Under the pieces are notes generated by a model. It worked only from the letters and a program-made list of their open reading frames with translations, was not told the origin of the DNA and made no database searches. Made by a program: the position numbers and the translations under genes. A stretch of DNA of 63,940 bases, filler included, from Diploschistes diacapsis (taxonomy: Eukaryota): the NCBI GenBank assembly GCA_023645945.1. It is 12 parts of 12 records of this genome, joined end to end, with 100 filler letters (N's around TTAATTAATTAA, not from the genome) between each part and the next. Parts side by side here need not be neighbours in the genome. Positions count along the whole stretch, not along the records: positions 43,822 to 61,716 come from JALAIB010000432.1; 11 more parts are not named here. One strand, given 5' to 3'. Position 1 is the first letter of the stretch, and every line of letters starts with the position of its first letter. This document shows, piece after piece, positions 51,292 to 61,716 of the stretch.

Positions 51292-53964
51292 CTATTGGAA
51301 GCATGGCCTGGCAACAGGGAAGTTCTCTAATCGCGCATCACTTTGATCCGAAACCTCAAACTCGCTTGTGGCCTTGTCACTAGGTAGCGCTCTCGCGGCA
51401 ACGCTACTCGACCCCGATTGCCGACATGTAGTAATGCCGTGGTGCATGGTACCAATGCTTTCGCAGGGGGGATGTAACCCTTTGGGTAATAGAACTGTCT
51501 TATTATGTCTTAGATTTCGATCCCCCGCGACCATTCTGTTCCCACACTCTGGTCTCGAAGTCCCAACCGCGGCTGCGGCAGCTTTCCCTGCTTGTGCCCA
51601 CTTGGTTTCAAACCCTTTAGCTCCATGTATATTGTTCGAACATGGCCATCCTATCTTGATGCACCTTTCGCAACTTGTCATCTATGGAAGCTCGGAAAAC
51701 ATTGAACTTCGTTGTATGGGCACCTCCAACAAGCGAGTGCCGACAAAGGTGCCTTTGGAATGCTCTTTCGTAGCTGCAATGCCTTGTTTGGGAATTTTTC
51801 TAGACTGCTTCGAAGCACCTCGCAGCACGAAAACCTGTTCTTGATACAGTAGCCACAAGGTCTACCTCTCATTGCATAACCCGCCTCTTCTAAAGCAGGT
51901 ATCGCATTTTGGAAAGCTAAGCCGATCAGCGACGGACGTTTCGGCTTCTGGGATTGTCTTGCACGCTTTCCGGTCAAAGCAATCTTCAGCCTTTTGGGCG
52001 TCTTTCCGCGAATCTTCCTTGGTAACGTTGTAACATGTCCCAGCTCGTCTTTTTCTCTTGAAGGCCTTGCATAACCCATGTCCATTGCAATTTTAAGAAT
52101 AGAAGGAGCAAAAATAACATCTCGGAAATGTTAAGGCATCTATATCATCAATAAATGTCACGTCCAAAGGGTCTTCGTCGGCAGTAGTCAGTGTGAACAA
52201 TATATCGTCTGATTCATCACTAGGAGTTAATCCGTCTTGATGAAAGTATTTGAAATTCCTGAAATCTCGAGACCGTTGCGATCGGTATCCCGATGGTGCT
52301 TTAAAAGGCCTGGCATTCTCTTTCTCTTCCATCATCTTGAGGCTTCTGTGAATGTTCAAAACCTGCTTTGGCTAGTCTCAACAGTTCTGGTCTGTTTGCA
52401 TAATTAAACATTCCCCCATTATATTCCTGCGCATATGACTATGCTCGGAGTTCGATTTTCGTCAAGTTCTGAAAATCGTCTTCTTGTTGTATCGAAGTCA
52501 ACGCTATCTCTTTTGCTTTCGACTTAACTGTAGAGACTTTCCAATGTTGTCTGTCCCTGTGTTGGGTCAACCGGAGTACAATACCGCAATGGTGATCCTG
52601 TTCCACACACTTTGCAGTATAGGTACTTGTATGTGACATAATTTCCAGTTGAAATTTCGTAGCGACGACTCCGATCGACGGCGTAGGATCGAGGATCCTT
52701 GCAATAAGGGCACATAGTCTTCATCTCTGGCGAGTCACCCCTTTTAGGATCTGCTTTGTCCAAAGAGAATATTCAACATTCTCGATGGGCGAGACGAAAG
52801 ATGAAGCATTAAAGATTTTCCGTCTCTCGACTTAATGCCTTTTCTGACTCAGGTGAGAGGATTTCCAATGTTAAGAGCTTGCCCCCTGTAGCGATTAGGA
52901 TTGACCTTTTGTGGAAGAAGTTTTTTCAGAGTCATAAAAGGCACACTTCGGATAACAAGTGCAGCGAAGATTTCGAGGATGTCGACCAATAGCATCTGCT
53001 GCATTTCTAACAAGTCTATCTCCAATTTTAGGTCCCTTTATCACCCCAAACTCTCGAATATGGGGTCTCTCCGCCCAGAAACGATAGTGCTCAGACCTCA
53101 CGACACGTTGATAACGTCTCGAAAGGTTCTCGATCTCTTCTATAAAATACCTCGTAGTCACTTTAACGCCAAGATAATGCTCTTTTACTCTCTTCCGAGT
53201 CAATTCGGATGGGCCAGCGTATATTACCTCATCATCTATGTCAAATGAATTGTATAGACAATGCAGATACAACTTTAGTCCACTGGCAACCTTTTTCGGG
53301 TCGAATTTAAATCTTTCAAGATTCCAGATCTCAAAGTCTTCGTGGTTGTCTAAGAGAGCCTTCGATGCTTCATTCAGACTTCTAAGAACCCTGTTTCGAA
53401 TGCCTTCTATGCCAAGTTCCTCGATAGGCTCGGCATACAACGACCCAATATCATTTGGAAGTTCTGAGATTCGTATAAGCTTGGCTGACAGTGTGGAAAG
53501 AATAGTCTTGTACTCCGGAACGTCGCTCGCAAGCAAGTCTTCTTGCTCCTGTGGCAAATGAGCGGTGTTTAGGGGAGCCCACTCAGATGGCGGTATCGGA
53601 GAAGTTTTCCATATCGATAATAACATCATTAAAGAAATTGGCTTCCAGCACTGCTGGCTGAATCGCTTTCAAGTCGCTGTCTGACTCGTTGTCTAACTTG
53701 TCAGAACTGTTTGTTGTGTCTGCGGCAGTTTTCGTCCTGCTACCGTTGCTCCGGTCTTGCAACTCTTTTCTTAGAGTTTCGCCGAAACTCTCGAAACTCG
53801 CTCTCATCAAAAATGCCAGCTGGGGAATAATTAATAATGCACATTATAATAAGAAAGTATTTACGGCCGAATCTCACGAAAGATAATAATAAAAGTAACT
53901 TACTGTGGAACGTCTTTCGATCCTGTGTGCCTCAGTATTTTTTTCCTGTGGAATCAAAGACCAT
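51292..53964 (-). pseudogene. Orphan multi-segment gene with GIY-YIG-like, Zn-ribbon and Zn2Cys6-like motifs, apparently frameshifted
   Basis: Chain of same-strand ORFs (53583-53810, 52895-53629, 52524-52763, 52093-52359, 51678-52085, 51292-51681). A canonical intron lies at about 53903-53820. Motifs: LYL..IYAG.S....KRVKEH, CPYC..CKVC and CWRC-x6-C..CERC-x6-C. Confidence 0.5.
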
Positions 53965-54718
53965 GGTCCCTTTAGAAGTTAAAGCCTTAAAGTAAGAAAG
54001 GGAAGAAGAAGTAATTACAGGCGTAAGAATAATAAATGGTTGCGGGGGCGCCATCGTCCAGGATGAGCCTCCTCTGACACCAGTTCAATACCATTCTGCT
54101 TGAAAGCTTGGGACGGTTCTGAACATGATAGCGGAAGAAAGCACTTTTCACGAGCCAAGCCCGTAATAGGGGCGCTTAACCATTTTAGGAAACTCATCTA
54201 CACAGACAAAGGCGCGGCCATGTGTCAACGGATTATGCCTAGCTAAACGTGGATGTGGATGTTCTCGTGGATCATCGTTGGTAACTTGGATCGATCCTTC
54301 TGTAGGATACAGGTAGCTCGATATTCATTTCTCCTGTGATCCTTATACCACCGGTAGCAATGCCCAGTCAAAAAGGCAAGTGTAGAAACCACAGCAATAA
54401 GAAGATAGCACGGCGAGTAAGCTACAGCAAAAGCAAACTTTAGATTAGTGCTAACCCCTGAGACTTTCGATTGAAAGATTCAACAGAGCAAATTCCGCAG
54501 AGCGTATTAGATCTGGTGCCCCTCTCGCTATTCTATGTATGTTCATCATATTCATAAGCTCTACCCACCTTCAGCGCTAACCTCTGGCAATCCCTGCCCA
54601 TGCATGCGTGCTTGTCTGAAACGCCCCCAAACAACACATCAGATACTACGAAGATTGTGCATCAAGTTTCTTCCATGCTGGGGAGCAATCAGTCTCCCCT
54701 GTTGCAGCACTTCTGGAC

Positions 54719-56623
54719 TCACTGCTGCAACTGCGCCATAAGCTGGCTTATGTAGCCGCACCTCTGCATCTGTCCCGCGTCGATCGTCTCCATCGATGTC
54801 CCGTTGAAGTCGAAGAGAATGCGATTCGAGCCGTTCCATGCGTCCCAAGTCGGTGCCAGGTCCGGCTTGAGCTTGTTGGGATCCATCGTCTTGATGAAGC
54901 TGACCCAGTAGCCCTGCATTGCAGCCACGGTGTTCGTTGCGTTCGTCTCGAGCATTTTTGCGGGTCCTGACGGCCCCTGGTATTGGGGTCCCCAGATAGC
55001 TGGCAGCTCCGAACCGTGAGAAACAAGGTTGAGACTAGCCTGCTGCGCAGGCGTGGCGATGTTGTAGCGCCAGTTCCAGACGTTGGCATTGCTATGATTC
55101 GTGATGAGCGAGGACATGTGGATGCCAGGGCAGACATAGCGCGTTTCACCGTAGGCCCAGGAGGCTTTCAACCAGTAATCGGGTTGGGCAGTGTCATTGA
55201 AAGTGTACATTGTTGTGTACTCGTTAAGTTGATTGTCGGTCAGAGAAGGAAAGTTGTCTTTCATGAATGTTGTAGATTGATCCTGAGTCTTGAAGTATCT
55301 CGGGGTGAAGATGGTGCCCTCGTTTGAATCGTCGCCAAACACGGTGGGAACTTTGATAAAGTCACCGTTTGCGAGCATGTTAACGGGTAAATCGACGATG
55401 AGTTCGCCGTCGATGACGGGATTGTAGCCATAGACCGGCGGACCTTGGTTTCCCGGATACGGGATAAACCCTCCGTCGGAAAGCAGTTCTTCGTAAGGTA
55501 GACCTCTCAAGCAGGCCAACGTATCGGCAGCATTGCCGCAACCGGTTTTGTTTACAAGACTGTCGTACTGGAACTGCTGCTCGCTGACATTGCGGATGGG
55601 TGGCATAGATTGGGATTCCATGATGGCGCCGTGGAACAGGCTCTGGTTGTTTTGAAAGCTGCCACCGTACGCTGTCAGGTGATTGACAACGGAGCCTGCA
55701 CCAGCAGACTGGCCTCCGAGTACGACGTGATTCGGGTCACCGCCGAACTGTGCGATCTCCTTCTGGACCCACTGCAGAAGCTGATGCTGATCGAGGTAGC
55801 CATTGTTCAAGCTGCCGTTTGCCTGTACTTCGGATGAGGCGAGGAACCCGAACATACCGACACGATAGGTGAAAGACACAGTAACCATACCCATATTGGA
55901 GGCTATAACAAGTCCGCTACCGTTGAAGTGTGCAGTAGAGTCTATGAGGCCCCCGCCTTGTATGAAGACGAAAACAGGAAGCTTCGATGAAGGGTTCGCT
56001 GTAGCCGGCCTATAGACATCAGCGAAGAGGCAGTCCTCCGCATTATCTGGATCGAGTGATCCTGCACCTTGGCAGCCAGGCCCAATTTGAAAAGCTTCTT
56101 GCGTGTGAGAAAAATTTTGTTGCGGGTATTGTGGAGCTGAGAAACGGGTTGGAGGATCGGCATATCGTATTCCCAAGAATTCGTCGACGCCGTTCCCGAG
56201 TGTGGTCCCCTGATATTTGGCATAAGACAACGTCACTAAGCCACTTGGGTTCGGGCTGGTTCCCGGACTCGACGATGAGGGCGGAGCCGTGCACCGTTTC
56301 TGTGCCTGCACACCGAACACAGCGATACAGAAGACAATGACAGCGAGCAACATTGCAGAAAGAGCAACGAGAATGACCTCGGTCCTTTGCCGCATTGCGA
56401 ACCTTCTACTTCTGCCTCGAGTGCCATGCTTGTGCATATCTGCGTCAACCGATCCCTTGGGTATGGAGTATGAAGAAGAAACATATCCGTTGCCGTGCTG
56501 CCCATTCCGGCTTTGTTCGACTCTTAATCTTTCATTGGCATACTCCAAGTCCAAGGCTGGAGATCCGGAATGCTGGGGCAATGACCCTCCCTGGCCACCA
56601 GGGCCAGCTGCCAATTGAGACAT
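54719..56623 (-). CDS. Type-B carboxylesterase/lipase with N-terminal membrane anchor
   Basis: Intronless 634 aa ORF. TM helix, FLGIRYA.PP, EDCL, QGGG oxyanion hole, FGGDP..V.LGGQSAG nucleophile, Glu (SNEG) and His (SHGSEL) of the catalytic triad. Confidence 0.95.
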   Translation of the reverse strand: MSQLAAGPGGQGGSLPQHSGSPALDLEYANERLRVEQSRNGQHGNGYVSSSYSIPKGSVDADMHKHGTRGRSRRFAMRQRTEVILVALSAMLLAVIVFCIAVFGVQAQKRCTAPPSSSSPGTSPNPSGLVTLSYAKYQGTTLGNGVDEFLGIRYADPPTRFSAPQYPQQNFSHTQEAFQIGPGCQGAGSLDPDNAEDCLFADVYRPATANPSSKLPVFVFIQGGGLIDSTAHFNGSGLVIASNMGMVTVSFTYRVGMFGFLASSEVQANGSLNNGYLDQHQLLQWVQKEIAQFGGDPNHVVLGGQSAGAGSVVNHLTAYGGSFQNNQSLFHGAIMESQSMPPIRNVSEQQFQYDSLVNKTGCGNAADTLACLRGLPYEELLSDGGFIPYPGNQGPPVYGYNPVIDGELIVDLPVNMLANGDFIKVPTVFGDDSNEGTIFTPRYFKTQDQSTTFMKDNFPSLTDNQLNEYTTMYTFNDTAQPDYWLKASWAYGETRYVCPGIHMSSLITNHSNANVWNWRYNIATPAQQASLNLVSHGSELPAIWGPQYQGPSGPAKMLETNATNTVAAMQGYWVSFIKTMDPNKLKPDLAPTWDAWNGSNRILFDFNGTSMETIDAGQMQRCGYISQLMAQLQQ

Positions 56624-57835
56624 CTTCGTCTGGTGTAGGAGGATGGCCTTGTCCCTCTATCAATTATCGCAGGTGCTGCATTTCTGAAAGCAACGAACAG
56701 AGACGGGGCTGGAGACAATCGAGCGACCAGCGCAGACGGAGAAATTCGTGGACCAATCGCTTTTAGGAAGGATTACAGGCAATCAGGAAGCGATTGAGAT
56801 CGTATAAGCATCGATACAGTGATGCTAAGACGAAACAATGCAGAAGGATGAAAGCGCAGTGAACAAGGCCCCTTGTTGACACAGACCAGGGAATAATGAG
56901 ATAGAAAGGTGAAGTGCAAGAGCGTGAATGAGTCTGGATGGAAGGGAGTAAGTTAAAGAGCAAGTGGTGTGTGTCAAAGTAAGTAGCAAACCTGGATGAC
57001 GGGCGGTACCAAGCCAGACCCAAAACAGCTTGTTTTTTACCGAGTACCAATAGTCCAATAGTACGTTGCTGTATCTCCTGGTATGGGAGGCTATTGATCC
57101 TACTCTACCCTCCTTAGTGTCTGGGCCTTTATTATCCTCCCAATACTTCACCCAAAAAATAAGGGATTTCCCCAGTATATGCTAGACTACTGTAGGTACT
57201 CAATTGACAGACAACTTTTTCCATGGAACTTTTAAAGGGCAAAGACAATCCACACGCTAAGTGGCGCCTCATCCCATCCCATCAATCACATCATAACGCC
57301 CCCCTTCCTATCCACTCTTCAATGCTTCGACTGCCGGAACTTTGAGATAGCCTTACAACATAGCTCTGGTCCCAACTCTGAAGGGGAGTGATTGTGTGAG
57401 TGTAGTACCAATAGACTCGACACGAATTTCGAACTGCAGGCATTTCGTAAAGTGATTTGATTTGATCAAAGAACCCATAAATTCATGCCGTATCTGGGCA
57501 TACAACGTAGGTAGTAGATACGTACATCCCAAGGGAGCCATCGGCCGCCCTTGAATGGCCTGGCTGGCCAAGTCCGTGTTGTCCAGCACAAAGTAGAAGT
57601 AACATAAATACACAACATGATCATCCCATCCCTCAGCACCAAGCCATCAACAATCCGAGATGAAATAAAGCAAGGGGTATTCCAGAGAAATGAACCAAGG
57701 GCAGTATCCTCGTAACTGAAAGAGAGAGAAAGACGCCGCAAGCGCCCTTGCCCGTCCGTGTCAGACATCCCGAAATGATGGAATGCCGCCAATGACACCC
57801 CTCGCTGGGGAGGCCGAGGCTACTAAACCCTCTTC

Positions 57836-59914
57836 TCATCTTGCAACTCCCACTTCCACATCATATGCCCCGGGCATCGTGAAGGTCTGCGGATTCGGTG
57901 AAGCTCGCACCGACGAAGCTCCGCTCGGGACTCTCGGCCCAACCTTACTCGCATTTGCCGTCTGTCTCCCAAGGCTGTTGTTGCCCGGCGTGCTTGCCGG
58001 AACCATGCCCTGACGAGTGTTGTTGCTTGTCCTCGAATCGCCCTGGCTGCGACTCTGGTTGAATGCCCTCGGGCTGCGGTTGTTCAACCTCGAGGCCCTC
58101 CATTCTTCGTACCACACCTCTCTGCTTGCTTCGCGCAGTTCACCGAACCAGTCCTTGAAAATGGCATCGCGAAGACGCGTGAAGTCGCAATGTTCCGCGT
58201 CGTAAGGGTCAGCAAAGCCCCAGGCAAACTTGCGGCCCGTCTGACCGGGTGCGGCTTGGTGGGGCGTGATGATTGGATCTGGCGTAAGAACCGAGAATGG
58301 AATGCTTGGTATCGGGTTCGAAGAAGCGTCGGAAGCGGAGGGGCCAAGATGTCGAGAAGGTGGCTCCGGCTGGTTTGGGTGCGTTTGGCGGTACGGCCGC
58401 TGCGGGGCATCGGTAACGTTGAAGGAGGAGCCTGATGAAGAGGAGGCAGTTTCAAGATGAGAGGTTTCAGGGTGCAGCATGTCAGGTCTCTCACTGCGAG
58501 CAAGGTCGTCTTCGTCAGCTTCGTTGAAGCGCTTGCTGTCATGGCGGGCATGCTTGCTCCTGTTGCCCCTTGGAGTGGCTTCCGCATCAACGTACTCTTT
58601 CACGTTCTCAGCGGCTTGAGCGTCCTCGTCGGCGTCACTGTCATCCTCGAGGCCCAAAGCCTCGAAAGAATCAAACTTTTCGGCTTTCAGTGACTTCCAT
58701 ACGGCGCGTTTCAAAGAAAGCATCCGATCGATAGTGATGGTGTCGGCTTTGGAGATCACCGGAACAACCGTGGTTTTGCCTTGCAATGCGCGCAAAACTT
58801 GGAGGTCCAAATTCTCGTCTAGACCGCTCAGAGTTTCGGGGGAGGTGTCACGAAGGTAAGATTTTCCATTGGAGAAACTGCCATTGTATCCAGCCTCGTG
58901 TGCCTGTTTGGCTGCTGATAGAGTATGGTTGAGATTGAGGGGATCGAGCAGCAACAAGACGCAGTGGATATGTGAGTCTTTCACGCCTCCAGGGGAACGA
59001 ATTACCTTTATCTCTTCACTGAGAGTCTCCTCAAACTTCGACTCAAGGAAGCCTATTATCTCACGAACCTGTAGATCAACCATACTCTTTTCCAGCCCCT
59101 CCGAATCCCACAAGGTAAGACCAATGCGCTCACTGTCCACCTCGGTTTCGAGATACTGTGACGTAAACTTCGTGGTATAGCGGTTCTGGCTCGGAACATC
59201 GAAGTCGTCGTCCCGCGGGTGAGGCCTCTGCTTGCGCGAAGGCAGCGCAAGAGAGCTTCGAAGAAAGTCGACGAAAGAGGTCTTGCCGGAGCTGCGGGCG
59301 CCAATAACGAGGACACTAAAGACGTTAACCAAAACGCTCGTCTGCGAATTCGTCGTAACATACTTGAATGGGGTAGGGTCTTTTCTACGTCTGACACGAC
59401 GAGGACTGCTCAAGGTGCTCACGGCACTGCTCGCGTAGCTATATCTGCCCCTGTTGGTCATGCTCTCGGACCTGGCGTAGGGGTCGAAGTCGGCCTTCTT
59501 TGGACTGGTTGGTATCTGAGGTACCGGAATAGCGTAGGGTGACGATCTCCCCGTCATCACCTGCGGCTGGTTTGGAAGCCTTTGGGGCGTATTAGAAGAT
59601 GATGCTGCTGCTGCTTCTCCGCCAAATGTAGCGAACTGTGGCTGAGTAGCCAGATCTGGGATTCTGGGAGCTCGGTCTGCTATGTCGGAGCTATCGCGAG
59701 TCTCAGATTTTGAATGCTTCTTCTGCAGCTTCCCACCCGACACGCTCCTCTTCGAGTTCAAACGCTCGACTGACTTGCCTCTGCGGAGGAAGCTAAAGGA
59801 GGGCCTACGCTGACCTTGAGGCACGGCGTTCTCATTGCTGGGGATTGGCGGGGATTGAAGCATGGACGGTACATCTGACTTGCTCGGTGTCCTCGGACGT
59901 GATGGAACCGCCAT
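57836..59914 (-). CDS. aspE: Non-core (group 5) septin, AspE-like
   Basis: RRVRRRKDPTPF-N-VLVIGARSSGKTS (P-loop), LTLWDSEG, VPVISKAD, GRKFAWGFADP..HCDF.RL. One 48-nt intron at 59316-59363. Confidence 0.88.
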   Translation of the reverse strand: MAVPSRPRTPSKSDVPSMLQSPPIPSNENAVPQGQRRPSFSFLRRGKSVERLNSKRSVSGGKLQKKHSKSETRDSSDIADRAPRIPDLATQPQFATFGGEAAAASSSNTPQRLPNQPQVMTGRSSPYAIPVPQIPTSPKKADFDPYARSESMTNRGRYSYASSAVSTLSSPRRVRRRKDPTPFKYVTTNSQTSVLVNVFSVLVIGARSSGKTSFVDFLRSSLALPSRKQRPHPRDDDFDVPSQNRYTTKFTSQYLETEVDSERIGLTLWDSEGLEKSMVDLQVREIIGFLESKFEETLSEEIKVIRSPGGVKDSHIHCVLLLLDPLNLNHTLSAAKQAHEAGYNGSFSNGKSYLRDTSPETLSGLDENLDLQVLRALQGKTTVVPVISKADTITIDRMLSLKRAVWKSLKAEKFDSFEALGLEDDSDADEDAQAAENVKEYVDAEATPRGNRSKHARHDSKRFNEADEDDLARSERPDMLHPETSHLETASSSSGSSFNVTDAPQRPYRQTHPNQPEPPSRHLGPSASDASSNPIPSIPFSVLTPDPIITPHQAAPGQTGRKFAWGFADPYDAEHCDFTRLRDAIFKDWFGELREASREVWYEEWRASRLNNRSPRAFNQSRSQGDSRTSNNTRQGMVPASTPGNNSLGRQTANASKVGPRVPSGASSVRASPNPQTFTMPGAYDVEVGVAR

Positions 59915-60238
59915 TGTGAGTCAGACGTTTATTCTTCCCTGTGGGAGACGAACGATTATTCGGAAGGGTTGAACTGTCAGGATTGCGGCAGGAAATATGA
60001 GTGTTCACAAAGGGAACAACAATAGGTGGGGGACATGATTGGCAAACATTTTTAATTGGCGTTGGTCGAACTCTGGGAGTAGTAGATTTATTCGCGCTCG
60101 TGAAGCACATGTGCGATGGTAAAGTAAATCACGGTTCTAAGGTTATCCTAAACCGTCTATAATATGTTGCAAAAGTCAATAGAATTGTTTTAATTTTATA
60201 TTAATTTTAAAACACTTTTTAAGCGTTTTAAAGCTTTA

Positions 60239-60463
60239 ACGTGTTTCACCACACAACGGAACACACCACAAAGCGGAACACTACATTATAATGTAATTGC
60301 GCTACATCGAGCGCTTCCATATTTGTACGAAGTTAAATCTGTTCTCAACCACATTAGGCCTAAACCACATTACCCCGTTCTTCAGCCTTTAAAAAATACA
60401 TTTTACGAAGGTGCAGGATTATGTTCCGCTTTGTGGCGTGTTCCGATGTGTGGTGAAACACGT
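60239..60463. mobile_element. 225-bp MITE of Fot1/pogo (Tc1/mariner superfamily) type
   Basis: 42-bp TIRs (ACGTGTTTCACCACACA..GCGGAACA) with two mismatches, flanked by TA on both sides. Confidence 0.9.
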
Positions 60464-60625
60464 TATCACGAGCTTTTAACGTAGACGTTTCATGTAATTA
60501 AAAAAATCTCGTTTATTTCGTCTCTGTTATAATTTTAATAACTTATTTATAATGTAATCGCGATTATAACTAAGTTGATTGATTTGAATAATTATTTAAT
60601 TTCAAAAAAAATATAAACGACGGGG

Positions 60626-60992
60626 TGTTGTCAGAATACTAACCTAAATAGGTTAGTCAGATTGTTTATTAAGCTTCTAGCATGTTCGAATATTCTGGAA
60701 GGTTCTAGAAGGTTCTAGAATATTCGGCTTACTAATGCATGGAATGATTTAGAAGGATAAAGAACATTCTAGATTAGATTGTTACTAATCACACTAGCGT
60801 AAAATGTGCCTATAAAAGGCCTCTCACCCTCCATCGTTCATAAATATAACCTTCAACCTCTTCAATATATTATTACTGAACAATAGTCAGCTACCAGGCT
60901 AGGCAGGCTAGGATTATTTCCTAGTTAGGACTAGTTGCTGAATACATTCTTAGTCATCTGTTATCTATTAGGAACTTCCACCACTTTCAACA
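60626..60992 (+). mobile_element. Copia-like LTR (367 bp)
   Basis: TGTTG...CAACA termini, purine-rich GACGGGG just upstream, internal TATAAAA at about 60811. No target-site duplication seen. Confidence 0.7.
60687..60726. promoter_or_regulatory. Perfect heat-shock element array (8 alternating nGAAn pentamers)
   Basis: cGAAta TTCtg GAAgg TTCta GAAgg TTCta GAAta TTCg matches the HSF consensus without a mismatch. Function not shown. Confidence 0.65.
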
Positions 60993-61107
60993 ATTACGGC
61001 ATTAGTTAATTTTTGAGCGAATTAAAAATAACGACTCGAAAAAGCGGATTTTTGAATCTTTTAAAATCTGCTTTAACAAAGCAAAAAATATTTTATTTAA
61101 ATATAAA

Positions 61108-61716
61108 GTGTTTCACGGGGATTCCGGCCACCCCCAGATTCCGGCCACTTTTGCCAAGAAAGAGTTTAAATCTTCAATAATTCTTCGAAATTAATCGTTA
61201 TTTTTATTCTTTTTTCAGAATATTACTTTCCAATCAATTATTTATCATATATAAGAAGTGCACATTAATTAAGTCATTAGTTATTTTTTCTAAGCGAATT
61301 AAAAATGACGACTCGAAAAAGCGGATTTTTGAATTTTTTAAAATCTGCTTCAACCAAGCAAAAAACATTTTCTTTAAATGATCTATTATGAGCGGTTTTA
61401 TGCGTAGATTTCATTAAAACTATAAGAACAAGGTTTTTTCAACGTTATACAGTCGTTGTGTGGCTTTATTCTTTAAAATCCGAAAGATTTTAAATAATTT
61501 GGCCATAGAACGGCTAGTTTTTCGCTTAATCTAAATTTTCTAAAATGACTGAAAAATGATGAAAAAGGTCACACAACGACAGTATCGTAAAAAAAATGCT
61601 TTTTTCTTACTTTTAATGAAATCTATGCATAGAACCGCTTATATTAGTTCATTTAAATAAAATATTTTGTGCTTGGTTAAAGCAGATTTTAAAAGATTCA
61701 AAAGTCCACTTTTTCG
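61108..61716 (+). mobile_element. TIR element with long internal inverted arms (foldback-like), cut by gap
   Basis: Starts GTGTTTCACGGGGATTCCGGCCACCCCCAGATTCCGGCCAC (related end at 41017). 61314-61464 is the imperfect reverse complement of 61568-61716. Confidence 0.65.
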
